A stretch of 58,290 bases of DNA, counting the filler, from Catajapyx aquilonaris (lineage: Eukaryota): NCBI GenBank assembly GCA_000934665.2. It is 2 parts of 2 records of this genome, joined end to end, with 100 filler letters (N's around TTAATTAATTAA, not from the genome) between each part and the next. Parts side by side here need not be neighbours in the genome. Positions count along the whole stretch, not along the records: positions 1 to 29,096 come from JYFJ02004829.1; 1 more part is not named here. One strand, written 5' to 3'. Below the pieces are notes generated by a model that ran no database searches, was not told where the DNA came from, and was given only the letters and a program-made list of their open reading frames with translations. The number at the start of each line of letters is the position of its first letter. The first letter of the stretch is position 1. Both the position numbers and the translations under genes were made by a program. Positions 12,501-26,400 of this stretch are shown here, piece after piece.

Positions 12501-15182
12501 GAAGTGGTCAAAGTAAGCATTGTTCGATAGTGATCGTAATTGTTAGCTGAAAAACATTCGCTTAATCTATAAGGCGTCAGTCAAATTATTAAGGTAACAT
12601 TTTTTTCGATTATAAGAATGCGAATGCCAGGGAACAGTCGAAAATTTTCATTGGCGTTCAGGCTTTGGTTTGAAGTGTCGATAAACAATGTGTCAGGTGG
12701 ACAAAAATATCAACACATTCATTCAGGTCAAGATATGTTGCAGTTTGCGACGGACGACGGCGATAGCAAAGACTCCAAAGACATCGCAGACGGCAAAGAC
12801 GCAGCTAAGAAAGCGAAGCCAAAGCCGAAGGGAAAAGGGGTAAGAAGCTAAAACCATTAATTATGACTGTATATTATAATGGAAGGGTTTTGAATGCAAA
12901 AAAAACACGTTAAACGTTCAAAATAATAGGGAAAAAACCATCTCCTGAATTTTAAACTGGGGTAATATATTTTTAAGAAAAGCAACATACTATCACAAAG
13001 CGTCATAGCCTTTAGAGACTTCTAATGTTTGTTTGTTTGTTTGTCCATGGCAAGAGGTTTCCGTGGAACCAGACCGTGCGAACAATGGGCTCCGCTGCTA
13101 GTTATGTTATGAGATACACTTATAGCAGTGTATCTCGTAACATAACTAGCATCGGAGCCCATTCTTATGTACTTAATAATATTGTTCATTTTCATTTTAA
13201 ATCTACAAATACCTACACAAATTATCTTTTTAAATGTGTTGCGCCCCAAATAAAGTTAACAATGATTACAATATATCTCCATGCAGAAAGAACCGGAGCT
13301 AGAGAAGGTGGTTGTGAGCGTGGATGTTCTAGCTCGGTTCCAACTTCCGAACCTGAAGAACCTCAGTTGGAAGTCGTCCCCGATGCAGTTCTTCTGGAGC
13401 AAAGCAGGCGGCGGAAAAGAGGCCAGGATATACCCCGGAATGCTCGGGGTAATTTTAATTGACATTAATTTGGCATATTCCTATTGCAAGATTTCATGAG
13501 ACTCCTTGGTCTATTCCAGGAGCTGACCTACGATGAGTCAAAAGGTAAGGGCTGCAAAAATGTGTACATTGTCCATCAAAGGGGGTGACATCATGGAATT
13601 AACAATGCGGCGGCTACGTGTACACAAATTATTGCGCAATCAAAGTCCAGCGGTCAGAGTGCAAAGGGGGCGAAATTTGGCCTTCGAGTTAAACCTTGAA
13701 CCTTACAGCTTCATCTCTGTTCCTTCGTCTTATCGTCTACACCTGCCGTGGCAGTCATTTTTGTTTAAAAATTAGTAGACTTTGCGCTTCAGAAAAAGAC
13801 ATTCGCATTGGCTCGGCAAACGGATCGCATTTTTATGAATGGTGAACTAGCCTTCATTTTGGAAACTACATAATAAATTCGCCCATATTTTTGGGATTTT
13901 TTTTGGCGTATTCCGTTTTAAGAAATCAGTTTCAGTTCCGGAGATATTGGCGTTTTTTCGTAGGCAAATGGTGACGTCACTGCATGTTTCCCTCGAAAAT
14001 GTTGACGTCACGCGAAGTGAAATGAACGCAAAAATGATGTTATAGAACGCGCCCCGGCAGGTTCGTAAAATAATTCGTTGTACTGTGCTGGACACGGCTG
14101 GACATTTGAGCACTCCAAATGTTTACTTAGTTGCCAGGTAACGGGCGCGTTTTTACTCTAAGCCGCTCAAACCGCTTTGTACGTGGCAGTGATGCCACCA
14201 GGTCGGAAATATCTGTCTCCCGAATTTGGCACATAAAGGCCCCCTTTCTCCACCTCGATGGCCTACAGCCGCCTTGCGAACGCTTTCCGTCGTGTCCGCG
14301 GTTACTTCAAAGTCAAATTCCTCATATCTCGCAGTCAACCAGGCATTTCAGTGTACCCTTTCGATTGGCACCACCCGGCTGCCCCGTTTTTCCCGCCAAT
14401 TTTGAAGGCACTTTTAAATGTGCCGTAATTTATCCAGTAATGCCATTTTGATGCAACAGAGTGATGGAATGTATGTTTACAGGCATGGGCTAGCTAGTTA
14501 TGAACAAAAATCCCAAATCCCAGACCAAGGCTAGTTCCCCATTAGGCCTGCGACTCACACGACGCCAAAATTATGAGATAACTCGTCTTATCACTCTGTT
14601 AAATCAACAACCTTCCCTAATCATCTTATGTAGCAAACCATAATATTATCATACCTTATTTGAACTCCGTCAAGAATAGACTCATAATAATAGATGACGA
14701 CAAAAAATGTGAACGTCAATCTTCCGGCAGAAACGTGCTTGATAACATTTGTGATATCCATTCATATTTTTCAAAAAAAAAAAAGTGATCAAACGTCGTC
14801 GCTCATTACGCTGCCTTACAATATTTTTAAAGCCTATTTTGCCAACTCTAATTGTTGGGCTTCTGCAGTCTACCTGATTCGTGATTCTAATCTCTAATTA
14901 ACGTGTGATTTCGAAGCCATCGCAGCGGCTGTGAAGGTGGCGAAGGAGGCTGCAATGGCCGCCGAGAAAGCTAAACAGAAGGACGATGCGAAACCACCCC
15001 CAAAAGGAAAGGCACCTGCAGCAGGACCCAAGGATAAGAAGAATGCGGGTCGCATCCAGACCTTGTTTCCTCGACCTTACCCTAACAGCCTGACCTGCCA
15101 CCTTCAACTTGGCCTCCAGAGCATGTGGGAGAAGTTGCCCGAGATTGTGGTGGACAAGAAGGGCAAGAAGAGCAAGAAGTGA
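3591..15182 (+). CDS. LRRC43: Leucine-rich repeat-containing protein 43-like (spliced; true N-terminus uncertain)
   Basis: Frame-consistent GT-AG exons 3591-3867, 5288-5507, 10622-10773, 11111-11305, 12075-12512, 12744-12839, 13287-13448, 13520-13544, 14917-15182(TGA). LRRs LQLLSLADNGL, LRVLNLSGNNI, LLLLDLSGNNL, LQLLDLTHND, VKNLHLEGNPC. N-terminal ...RNSPW...TLRLIDNQ and a Lys-rich tail with C-terminal PNSLTCHLQL resemble LRRC43 as I recall it. First in-frame ATG at 3625; the frame is open from the acceptor at 3590. Confidence 0.78.
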
Positions 15183-17495
15183 CCTGGTCGTTTCAACATC
15201 GATTCGTTGAACAGGAGACGTCACCATCAGGAGTTGCGTCACGGGAGTCTCGGAATCGCAATGCAAATTTATTTGCCGTCGACAAGTGAATAAAAAGAAT
15301 CGCATTGAGAAAACCGGTGTTGAGAAGGATTCACGGCCATTGCCAGGGGCCGATTCATTTACTGGATGGGAAATGGAGGAGGGGCGTAAGAGTGATTCAA
15401 TTTCGTTCATGGTCACGGTTGTAAAGAAAAGGGTCAGCAGGAAGGTCACACGCACGAAAATCGTGCGAATGAAATGTTTCTAATCGATTCAAGTTAAATA
15501 GCAAATTATCGCGAATAATTTCAGATTTTTTAACCTATAAATTGTGTTCATAAAACCATCTTATAAAATAATGTTTGTGGAACCGAGGTTAATGCGACAA
15601 AACCGCGACGTAGAGAGAGAGAGGAGTTTATTTAATTCATGACGTGCGTTCCCAATTTCATCCCACAATCATTGAGGTGATGAATAATATAAGTCAAATA
15701 AGTGTTCCCCCTAAGAGGCCTCGGGTCCATCACGTAGTCTAAAATGATTATATAATTGATTTACACTATGGTGTGATCTAAAAAATGATTTGCAGTATTT
15801 TTGGTTGACCATTTCTCTTAATTGCATCCATTTTGCATTACATAACATCACGAGCCAAAATAATATAATTTCCTCGAAAGGTTCAATATCCTGGAGGCCG
15901 AACTAAACAGTGACGATGAAACCTATCTTCGACCGAACACGTTTCAATCATAATCTGAAGTTTGCAATCCTCATTACGCGTGGCAGGTGTTAACAGGATA
16001 TACTGACAGCATGTGCAAGAAAGAGTGGAGTTTGAACTTTGAAATATGCAGCACCTTTGAACACCAGCAATCTAATCGATGTTCGAGGCTCTACTTCTTG
16101 CAATAATAAACTTTCACTTCATCATGGCAAATAAAAATAGCGGCATAATCGCGACTTGTGTCCCGTTTCAATGCCCTCAAAACAAAGCTAGTCCGGTGAT
16201 TCATGTCCAGAAAATGAGAAGAACCTCTCTAATTTGCCAATAAAAATTTATCGTGGTACTTTTTATGATTCTTCTTCTCTCCAGTAAGCGTAGACGACCC
16301 GACGAGATGTTAAGCTGCTGAGAACTTTATTAAATCATGACGTCGGTCAATAACCTTCAGGGGGTTACCCAAAAAATCTCGGGTAATCCCCACAGACTCC
16401 ATGAGATTTCTGGATGTGTTCCTGGATCCAGTTCAATAGGAAAAGTCAACTCCTGCCCGGTAGTTCATGTTCTCCCTCTATTGACGTCAGAAGGTTGCCT
16501 TGCTAGGTCAATTCCCCAAAAACCAGAACTCTCTAAAATATGGGGGACTTCCTACCGTATACTACGTGCTCGGCACATTAAAACAGGTGCATTAAGGTCA
16601 AGGTCAATATCTCGCAAGGCTCGAATATAAGGAAAAATAATTTCAACGACATTTTGTACGATTTTCTGCGACATATTTTATCCTGCAAGCTATTGTGGCA
16701 ATAAGACAACATGTCATCTATCATTAATCTGTTTATAATTATTTTTACCAGCATAACATTGATTTATGAATCGGAGAATTTGTTACAACGTAACATTATT
16801 GTGAAGATTATTGACACGAAAAAGAGTAATCATTTCGTGTTATGGGGCTGATAAGGTGAAGGCGTCTTAACGACTGGTACAAACTAACAGCATCATTATC
16901 CTTATCGGCATTAGGAGGGGGGAGGGAAACGCTTCGACTTTTTTAAAAAAAACCTAAAAAAATACGCCCATGCAGAGGAAATACCATGCATATCAGAAAA
17001 CGTGTCCAAACATGGGCAATAAGGACATTAATACGTATTTAAAAATAAATCTCTTTCATATACGTTATGGAGATATTTATCAGCGAATGAGTATTGACGA
17101 GATTTAGATCCGGCGGAATCGTGGAACCGGAAGTGCATCTCCGGCGCAGACGCGTCCGAACCGACACTGTGATCCTGGCCCTACAATAATGTCTCTCTCC
17201 GACAAGGTGTGTCTGTGGGAAAGATTCTTGGAGCAATCATCTGTCGGTGTGCGCACGTCTCCAAGGCCACCCCCGCCTCTCCAACACTACTTGATGTGCA
17301 CAGTGGCAGGGCTCCTCCACCAGCCATCATCGTAATAAGAAGGCAAGGCTTGGCTGGCCCAAGTCCACTACCGAACCACATCAGGGTCTGCCCACCTGGG
17401 GAGTTACTCAGTCCAGAAGCAACCACGGCGACGACAACATCCAGACTCAGAGGAGGGTCTCACACGTATTGCGACACCCCTGACAGGCCACAGAC

Positions 17496-20400
17496 ATGGC
17501 TTTTGGACATCTCAACTGCTTCAAGAAGAAGGTGAGAGGCCGGATGCGGTGTGACCAACAATTTTTTACAATTAAACAAAAAAAAATCCGAATTGGTGTA
17601 ACTCACCAGGCTTCGTACTTGAGAAATTATACGGGCACTTGTCACATGATCCTATCCAGCCAGTTGGCAATTAGTTATGAATTTGTTACTTAATTAATTA
17701 ATTAATTAATTAAGAAATTAAAAAGGACAATAGTGTGTGGTAGGCGATGTGTGATAACTGATAAGTAACCAACATAGCAAAGAGTTAATTTGAGATACGC
17801 ATGCAATCCTCATTGATATTTAATTACTTTATTATTACAAACGATAAAATGTAACTATTGAGGCCCTAATTCGTTTGTAGAAACATCGTGTGGCAAGCTT
17901 TCCCGCCACGCGCAGGCGTACAAGTGGCATGAAAAGACCGGCTGAACACGTGTTTAGGCCTCGTCCTCCATCCGTTAGTTTGCATGTTCGTGACACTAAT
18001 TGCGGTTTTAATTTCTGGCGTTAAAATGATTTGTTGTTGAGAGATTGCTTGCTTTTGGACCTGGTCACGCTCGGTGTGGAGAGAGAACTATTGATCATGT
18101 TCACGAGATCGATTGCTGCATCCCTACCAATGCAATGGAGCTGGGATTGTCCGAGAGGAGATTCCACGTGCAAGATTCGGGAAGGGGGAGAAAAGTTATG
18201 GGATGTCCGTTCCAGCAACTAATTTATATAAGAGACGAGAGAAAAATAATGTCGTTTGAAACATCTGAATTTTTATAATATTTTCAAATTCAAATTGTTT
18301 CATGTTGGCAGCCCTGCTTCCACTCTTTCCTCGCTTGCCCTCCAGAGAAGATGCCCCCCTAATTGTTGCTGCAGTCTTCTCTGGTTGCTGGAGTGAACAA
18401 TCCACAGCTTCTGAACTTGGATACTTTACTTATGTGCACTAGCATCCAATGGAATTTCAGGCGATGCATTGTAATGAGTCTTATTGTTAAAGTATGATCG
18501 CTTTCACCAATGGTGTTGGAAATAACAGGGGTAGTTGCATAATAATTATTAAAATGCAAATTGGCCTTTTCTTTAAAACGGTCCATGGTTTGGGTCCGGT
18601 TCATTGTTACATTTCAGATTTGCAGGTGTAGTGGCAAGTGCACATTTTTGATCAGCATGGAAGAAATTAATAGGGCATAAGAAGCAAGTGTTCTGAAATT
18701 TGAGTGCTTGACACGTCCCATGACGTCAGTGACATCGGTGACATGCTTTTAAAACGTTTATGGCCAAGATAAGAGAAGACTTTTCGAATATTCATATTCA
18801 GGTGATTGTCGGTGGATATTGTACTGCGACGTGATCATTAATTTCTATACAATTTCTTCTCTTCAAATAGCGCCAGTATTTTTGAATTAGATTTTAATTC
18901 AACAGCATCAATGTCGAAATTTGTCGTAATTTTTTGTCGATTAGTGAACATATTATTTTCACTTACAAACAGAAGGCCATTCTAGATGAGACAGTAGGCG
19001 ACTATTTCAAACGGAAAAAGTAAAAATCACTCAAACTGACATGAAAATTTCTCAGATTCTCAGATTTCAAATCAATGCAAAATCTTACGAAAACGACCGA
19101 TTTTCAACTACAAGATTTGCTTACGGTAGCTTTAATCATGGCACTTAAAGTTTTCCTTTCATAGCAAAAATGCGTATAAAAGGCACCCTTTCTTCTCTAA
19201 ATATGTTGCGCAGCCATATGGTCTATCGATGGTTCCTATAACCGTCAGCGATCTATACGTATTGGCAGTTCAGCAGGAGCGAATCCAATTTAACTGCTCG
19301 TGAAAAACATGACTCGCACCATTAATAATTGAAGAGTAACTACAGCTTGTTAATGCAGGCTAGTTGCACGGGATATTACACATCAGAGTCTATTGGGCTT
19401 TTCCTGTCACCCGTTTTGCCTATACCACATTTCCCTCCATTGCATTGGATCGAACGTACACTTTTCCTCTCTGAGATTTATTAGTCAATTTATTATTCAT
19501 AATTTTTTATAGAGGATTGAATAATTATTTCCAGTCAACCAGTAGTGGCTGCTGAAACCGTGTAATCAATCACGGAAAAAGTTTGCATGGACTCTGACAA
19601 AGCGTGCAAGGTTCATATAAGTAGACGAACTTTGTTCGTAGTTTTATCGCCGCAACAAAGGTAGATCAAGGAAATACATACTGATTGTGCAACTGCCTAA
19701 GGCCTAATATTAGATTAAGAAATGTTTGCAGAATTCGAGAGATGAACACGACAGCAAACATGCAGGCCACAATGTGTTACTAGGTGTCACGTTGAAGTAT
19801 ATTACTTATGAAAATTGAGATTTATTCGCCACAATTATTTTTAATTTTATTATTGCACAGTCATTGTGGCAGTCTCCTTCGGATCCAATTGGACTCTGTA
19901 CTGTACCAACATGAGGTCTTAATTCTTTGCATAGTTGTCTCTCGCCTTGTTTACCTTATTGAAAGAGGTTTAATGAACCAATGAATTACGCGATTGGCTA
20001 TTGCGTGCAGCTTACTGTACTGGTGACTTGAGTGCAATCATGAGTACAAAGACCTTTCTGATCGGGCTGCACAGCTCAATCCAGAAGTACTTAAGTGCAT
20101 CAACTGGTATGTGTGCAAGTCCATGATCATTCCGGGTTCATAATAATCGTGGTGACAAGCGAATTCCGACATGCGACATGGGAGTCAGTGTACAGATTAT
20201 TGCACCGCAGTTTAACGTGGATGATAAAAGTGCATTACATTTGGCCTTATCAGAATCGCAAGACTGTAATGACTTGATCTGATTATCTCCTGCATAATGC
20301 ATGCATTTCATGATATCATTTGTAGTTTTTTTTATGACATTGGTTTTAGAACTAACTATGCAAGGCCTCTCAAGGCCAAACAGACTCTTTAAAATAAATT

Positions 20401-23400
20401 GCTCACAACGCAGATAGCCTGCGTGATATCCGTAAAATCATGCATTCTTTATAGTCAGCAACTCGTAAAAGTAGTTACATCGCACGAAAATATGCAAGCA
20501 CTCCGAACAATGCCTTCAAAAAAAAAAAAAAAACTCCTAAAAAGATATGCAAAGGCTCATTGGTCAGAGAGCTTTCCCTCTCTGCAGCACCAGCAACTCA
20601 ACATCTCTCGGTTAAAATTGTGCAAATTTTCAGAAGCAAATGGAGGTAAATGGGAAGGCCGCCGAGGTTGGAACGCAAGACAACAATGCGGAGGAATCCG
20701 GAGACGAAAATCCGGAAAGAGGAAACTGGGACTCGAAGATGGAGTTTCTTCTCTCGTGTTTGGGTTACGCCATTGGAATTGGAAGCGTCTGGAGATTTCC
20801 GTACCTGTGTTACCGCAGCGGAGGAGGTCAGTGATATGCGAACTTATATGTCTTGCCAAAATAATATAGTCGCCAATATTTGCAAAAAATTATGGCAAGT
20901 GACTGATGAAAATGCCATTAAATTATGAACACAACTTTATATGGCGAAACGCATCTTTTAAACTGTGATGAGTTTATAAGCAATGTAGCATAATAAATAT
21001 ATAAATGGATAAATAAATATAAATAAACTGGCCCCTATTATGCAAATGGTCTCGCACTGGTTAGTGTGATGCAACATAACGGAAATGCAGCGTAAATTAT
21101 TACATACACGCAAAGAGAGAAGGGCAAGGTTCTCGTTACCTGACCACCGACTCTCGACGAATAATTGCATTGTTGTATCACGGCAGTGCGATAACAGTCC
21201 TTGCGTGCTAGCCTTGAAAAATGTCAGTCTGGACAGGGAGCAGGAATCGTAAATCATAGCAATCAGAGCCAAAGTCGACCTCACACCAAAATAAAGCCAT
21301 AAATCAGGCCTTAACAATGCCCAGCTCTCATAATAATGGTCTTTTTCTCTCCAGGAGCCTTTCTGGTTCCCTACCTGATCATGCTTTTCGTCTGCGGGAT
21401 ACCCCTCTTCTTCATGGAGACCATACTCGGACAGTTCAGCAGCCAAGGATGCATCACGGTCTACAAAATCTGTCCAATTCTCAAAGGTGAGTAGATGGAA
21501 CACCTGGCAAATAAAAGGACAAAAATGAATAAATATTGAGTCACGCCCTTCATGTACACAGGAAGAAAAATAATGTTGATAAAAATAACCCCAAAAATAT
21601 GTGCTAGAGTACAGTTTTACGAGTACCGGTATTTTTTTCTGAGTCAATTAGGCTCCTTGAGGGGACATCGACACATATATTAATGATCAAATATTACATT
21701 AATTATAAATGTTCGTGTTTCTGTTTGTACTATACGCCATTATAACATTCACACATATACACTAGCTGTATTTAATTTTTAAGGTAAAAATAATTTATTT
21801 CTCCGACTTCAGATTTAGCTGAAATCACATTTTCATCAACTCACATTATTTTGTGATTAGTACATTTCCAAGAAATCCAGTTCTGTCCGGATTTTTTTTT
21901 ACGTAAACAGGATTACCCCCCGTCGGTGCATTTTCAGAGAAAAAATTATACGTTTTCGAGAGGAATTCCCACAATCTAGGAAAGGTACGCACATAACCGA
22001 GCAAATTTTTTTGCTTGAGTTTGCGTCTGATTTTTTGCATGATATTATTACGTCAGATTCAACGAAACCGTTTGTTTTTTCCCAGAAATGCCAACATAAA
22101 TCCCAGGAATACACCGGTTGTGTTTCACCGAACTCTTCCAAGCCAGTTTGTCAAGTTTCTTGGCATATGCGCACGAAGCGGAAATTTATTCTCGAACTTT
22201 TGAAGTATTAAATTCAATTTGACTGACACTATATAGCAATCCATGATGATTTGAATGAGGACCAAGCTGCGTAACACGCATCGCTCATAAAATGTTATAA
22301 CACGGTTCAGCTTTATTGCGTAACCATGCTTTTGATTGGTACAGCATCTTAAAAGTCTCAATTGTCAGCCAATCAGTGTGGACCGGCTAGTTTTTCTATG
22401 AAAACATTGCCGACCTTGGAAAGCTATAGTTGCGGTGACCATGAGAGTTCATTAACAAAGTTGGCAGGCTTCCACACAACGTCGTACGGCTTCCAGATCG
22501 ATCATTAAGTTCTAATGATGTCTGTTAAGAAGAGATGCTCCAGATAGGACCTTAAAGAGAGCTCAGCTTGTGATTTGGTCCAAAACAATTAATTTTCGAG
22601 CGAGATTTTAACGACGCAATAAATCGTAAAATTCGCAAATAAATCAGGCGTGATTGAGGAAATCATAAAATTCACGCTAGGTCCGGAATCAGTGCAGAAT
22701 TCCAAGGCCGTCTAATTCTTGTTCGTTACAGCCACAATCACACCTAATTACACACCATTTTTTGCCGTCACATCACGCATCTAACCATTTCATTTAAAAT
22801 TATTAGCCGGTTCAATTGATATTTGCGTTCAGATTTTATACTTTTTCTCATCGAAAAAGTCGTATAGAACGGTTCTGTCCGTCCGTCTGTCTGTGGACAA
22901 GTATCAGCGCCTAAACCAAAAGAGAAAGCTACAAACGGTTTTAGGATTCGGTTTCAGCGTGACCAAAATAGGTTCCATAATCAACTTCCGGGTTTCCGGG
23001 TTCACTATCCGCCAAGGTCAAGTCCACAGGCGGGTGACATTGAAATGAGACTGACAACACTCGATGTCATTGTTGCCCAATAATGAGAATGGCATCGTGT
23101 GGCAACGAAGTTGTCAGTCTCATTTCGCGCTGCCTAATGAGAAAAAGTATATTCGAATCACGCTCGCGTGATTTTTTTTTTTCAATCTTGTTCCTATGTA
23201 ACAGCTAGTGTTTCTTCTCAGGTGTTGGCTTTGCGACAGTTGTGGTCAACTTCATAGTGACTTCTTATTACAACGTGATAATAGCGTATCCACTGTACTT
23301 CCTGGCCGAGTCCTTCACCTCAACTCTTCCTTGGAGTGACTGCAACCAGTCGTGGAACACTGACAAATGCTTCAAGGTGAAAATTAGTTCAGAGTCCGCT

Positions 23401-26400
23401 CCTCTGTTCTATTGTTGTCTGAACCGCGTCTGGCCCGGGTTTACATATAATTATAACCTTTACATTGTGACTTTATACAGCCGAGCCTCGAGGACGACCA
23501 GCAAGTGCCATCGGTGCTTGCCAGCATGTGGAACACGTCTTCGAGCCAACACATCACTCAGATCATCAAGACTCCTGCCGATGAATACTTCCAGTAAGTG
23601 AGAAATGCAAACAACCCGCATATTCATGACCCAGCATCGCCTTTGCATCGCATGTGAGGGTGCACAATATGATAAGGAGTGTGCGCCAACAATGGGGCTC
23701 GGACCTTTAAAAAATGTGCGGAATAATAATAATAATAATTGGCCATACACTGACACGTAGAGATTTTTCTTTAAAATATTAGTTTTTTTGGTTCAATGAA
23801 AATATGATATGAAGAAACATTATTTTAACATATTTTCAGCAATCACATCCTGGAAATGTCGGATGATATCAGCGAGGTCGGAACCATTGTTTGGCAGCTG
23901 TTCATCTGCAACGCTGTGTCTTGGATTTGCATATTTCTGTGCATCCTCAAAGGTGTCAAGTCTGTGGGAAAGGTGTGTATTAATTGTGTTGTACAATAAT
24001 TCAATAATATTAGTCTACTAACTGAATCGGGTTTCTTGTCTGTAAGTTGCTTATTTTAACGGTCAAGTGTTTGCATAATTATACAGTACGACATCTGATA
24101 CAATATCAAGGGACAAACTGTTTCAGTAATAGAAATCAAAATAATTGAGAAATCCCAATTTTGTTAGAGATACTTTCGCGCTAATATTATTTTGAATCAG
24201 TGACTATTATCAGGGACTAATGTTATTATATTTTTAGCCAGTGCCATGCCAATCAGCGATACCGTTTGACATATTGTAGCGCGTGTTATAAACTGAATTT
24301 TTCGCTTCTTTTCTGCGTATAGGTGGTGTATGTGACAGCAACGTTTCCATTTCTCATTCTATTTGTCCTGCTCATTCGCGGGGTCACACTACCTGGCGCC
24401 ACAGAAGGAATCCTCTTTTATATCACACCACAATGGGACAAGCTCACCGAGTTGAAGGTATGTTACGCGACAACATCAAAGTACAAAAGTAGTAAAAATA
24501 GTCAATCTCTATTATTGTACTTTAACATGTGTAAGGAAGGTCCAAATCACTGAGATACGCTTGTTATACAAGATGCCATGGCCTGTCATCCTGATTACCT
24601 TAATCAACTTGACAATATTGCGTATTTTTCTTGCCACTCCAGGGTGTAAAGTGCATGTAATGTAATACACGGAGAGTACCACATCAAGCGACAAATAGAT
24701 TAGATAACTACTACGTGCTCTATCTCCTTCTTTTGGTACTGTAAACATAACTCATGCCGTGCGGGAGTTTTTTGCTCAATTCGCGACACTGGATAAACAC
24801 TCCTTTCGCATGACCGGCATGACTAAATCAATTTTTTATAACAATTTACGAGAAGAAAAATGATCTTAACACCTGAGTCGTCGAGACAAATATTTTCCAT
24901 GTGGTATTATTATTGTATTTTTCTTTGTAATTTCAAGTGTAATATTGTGTGTCTAATTTTCTTACAGGTTTGGGCAGATGCTGCGGTCCAGATATTTTTT
25001 TCGCTTGGACCCGGTTGGGGTGGTATTGTCAACATGGCCAGTTACAACAAATTCAGGAACAACACCAGACGGTAAGGTTATCGCCACCTTTAAATTTCTG
25101 ATGACACTAAACATAATTTAAAAAAGTGTTTAATTACCTTTCACAGAGACGCATTCTTGGTGCCCATTGTCAACTGCGGCACCAGTATTTTTGCAGGCTT
25201 TGTTGTGTTTTCAGTACTGGGATTCATGTCTTACAAGACGGGAGTTCCTGTTCAGAACGTGGCCACCGGAGGTACGGTCTTAATATTGACACGTTCGTGT
25301 CACACATTAATACAATAATTCTTATCTCACAAAATTCAGGACCTGGACTAGCTTTTGTTACATATCCAGAGGCGATAACTTATCTGCCCATGTCCCCAAT
25401 ATGGGCTGTGTTGTTCTTCCTAATGCTCTACACGTTGGGGCTGGACAGCATGGTGAGATCTAAAGTTCCTCTTGTGGTAGGTAATGTGAGGTTAATTATT
25501 GTTACCATTGCAGTTTGTACAAATTGAAGCCATCGTGTCCAGCGTACTGGACGAGTACCCGTCATTTCGCAAGCATAAACTGGCCGTAACATTTGGATCC
25601 TGCTTCACAATGTTCCTGGTGTCTCTCACGTGCATTACAAACGTAAGAATTTTATATGGTCTCATTTATTGCCAAATTACAAATAATATATTTAGTGTAA
25701 ACAGGATGGTTCAAAAATGATCTTATTGTTTCAGAATGGAATGTACATATTGCAACTTCTGGATTGGTATGCTGCTTCAATGTCTGTGATCCTAATATGT
25801 TTAGCTGAAGTTCTCATAGTAGGATGGATCTATGGCAAGTTGGACTATAAATACTCAATTCCAATCAATCATGAAAAGGAATACTGCATAGTTCAGGAAT
25901 CTAAACGCAGCATAAGTTTTCTCTCTCTCAGAACTTTCGCTGCTTGATTCTACTTTCACTCATCCACTTCATTCTCTCTATTTATTGCATACAGGGTGAC
26001 TCAAAACTATCCATTTTAGACTTACACTGACTCAGGACTTATAGAGTTATGACTCACCCTGTTTATATACATGTGCTTGTGGAAACAATCCTGGTAAATG
26101 TCACGACTTTCGCTGAAGCTTTAATATTCGTGTTGAGTACATTTTAAATTTTCCCTGCAAAAACACAAAATAGGACATAACTTTGTTACAAGGATGTCTT
26201 TAGCGTTCTTTCTGTTCCTGCAGTGCTGCAGTTCGTTGTTCCCCAGGTCAAACAGCAAGCACTCCATTATCGATCCCTGTCATCGAGGATTGCGCACGTA
26301 AGGCGTTTCACGGACCTTGCAATTGTTACATGAAAGAAAAGTAATTACATTCTGTTTTATTATGACTATAGGTTCTTAAAATCACGCAGCAAGTTTTTTT

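Noticed and set aside
14898..15455. Long antisense or alternative-frame ORFs (also 20958-21647, 34180-34710, 46262-46810, 47911-48582, 49685-50533, 55875-56438)
   Set aside because: Shadows of real GC-rich exons, with no recognisable domains.
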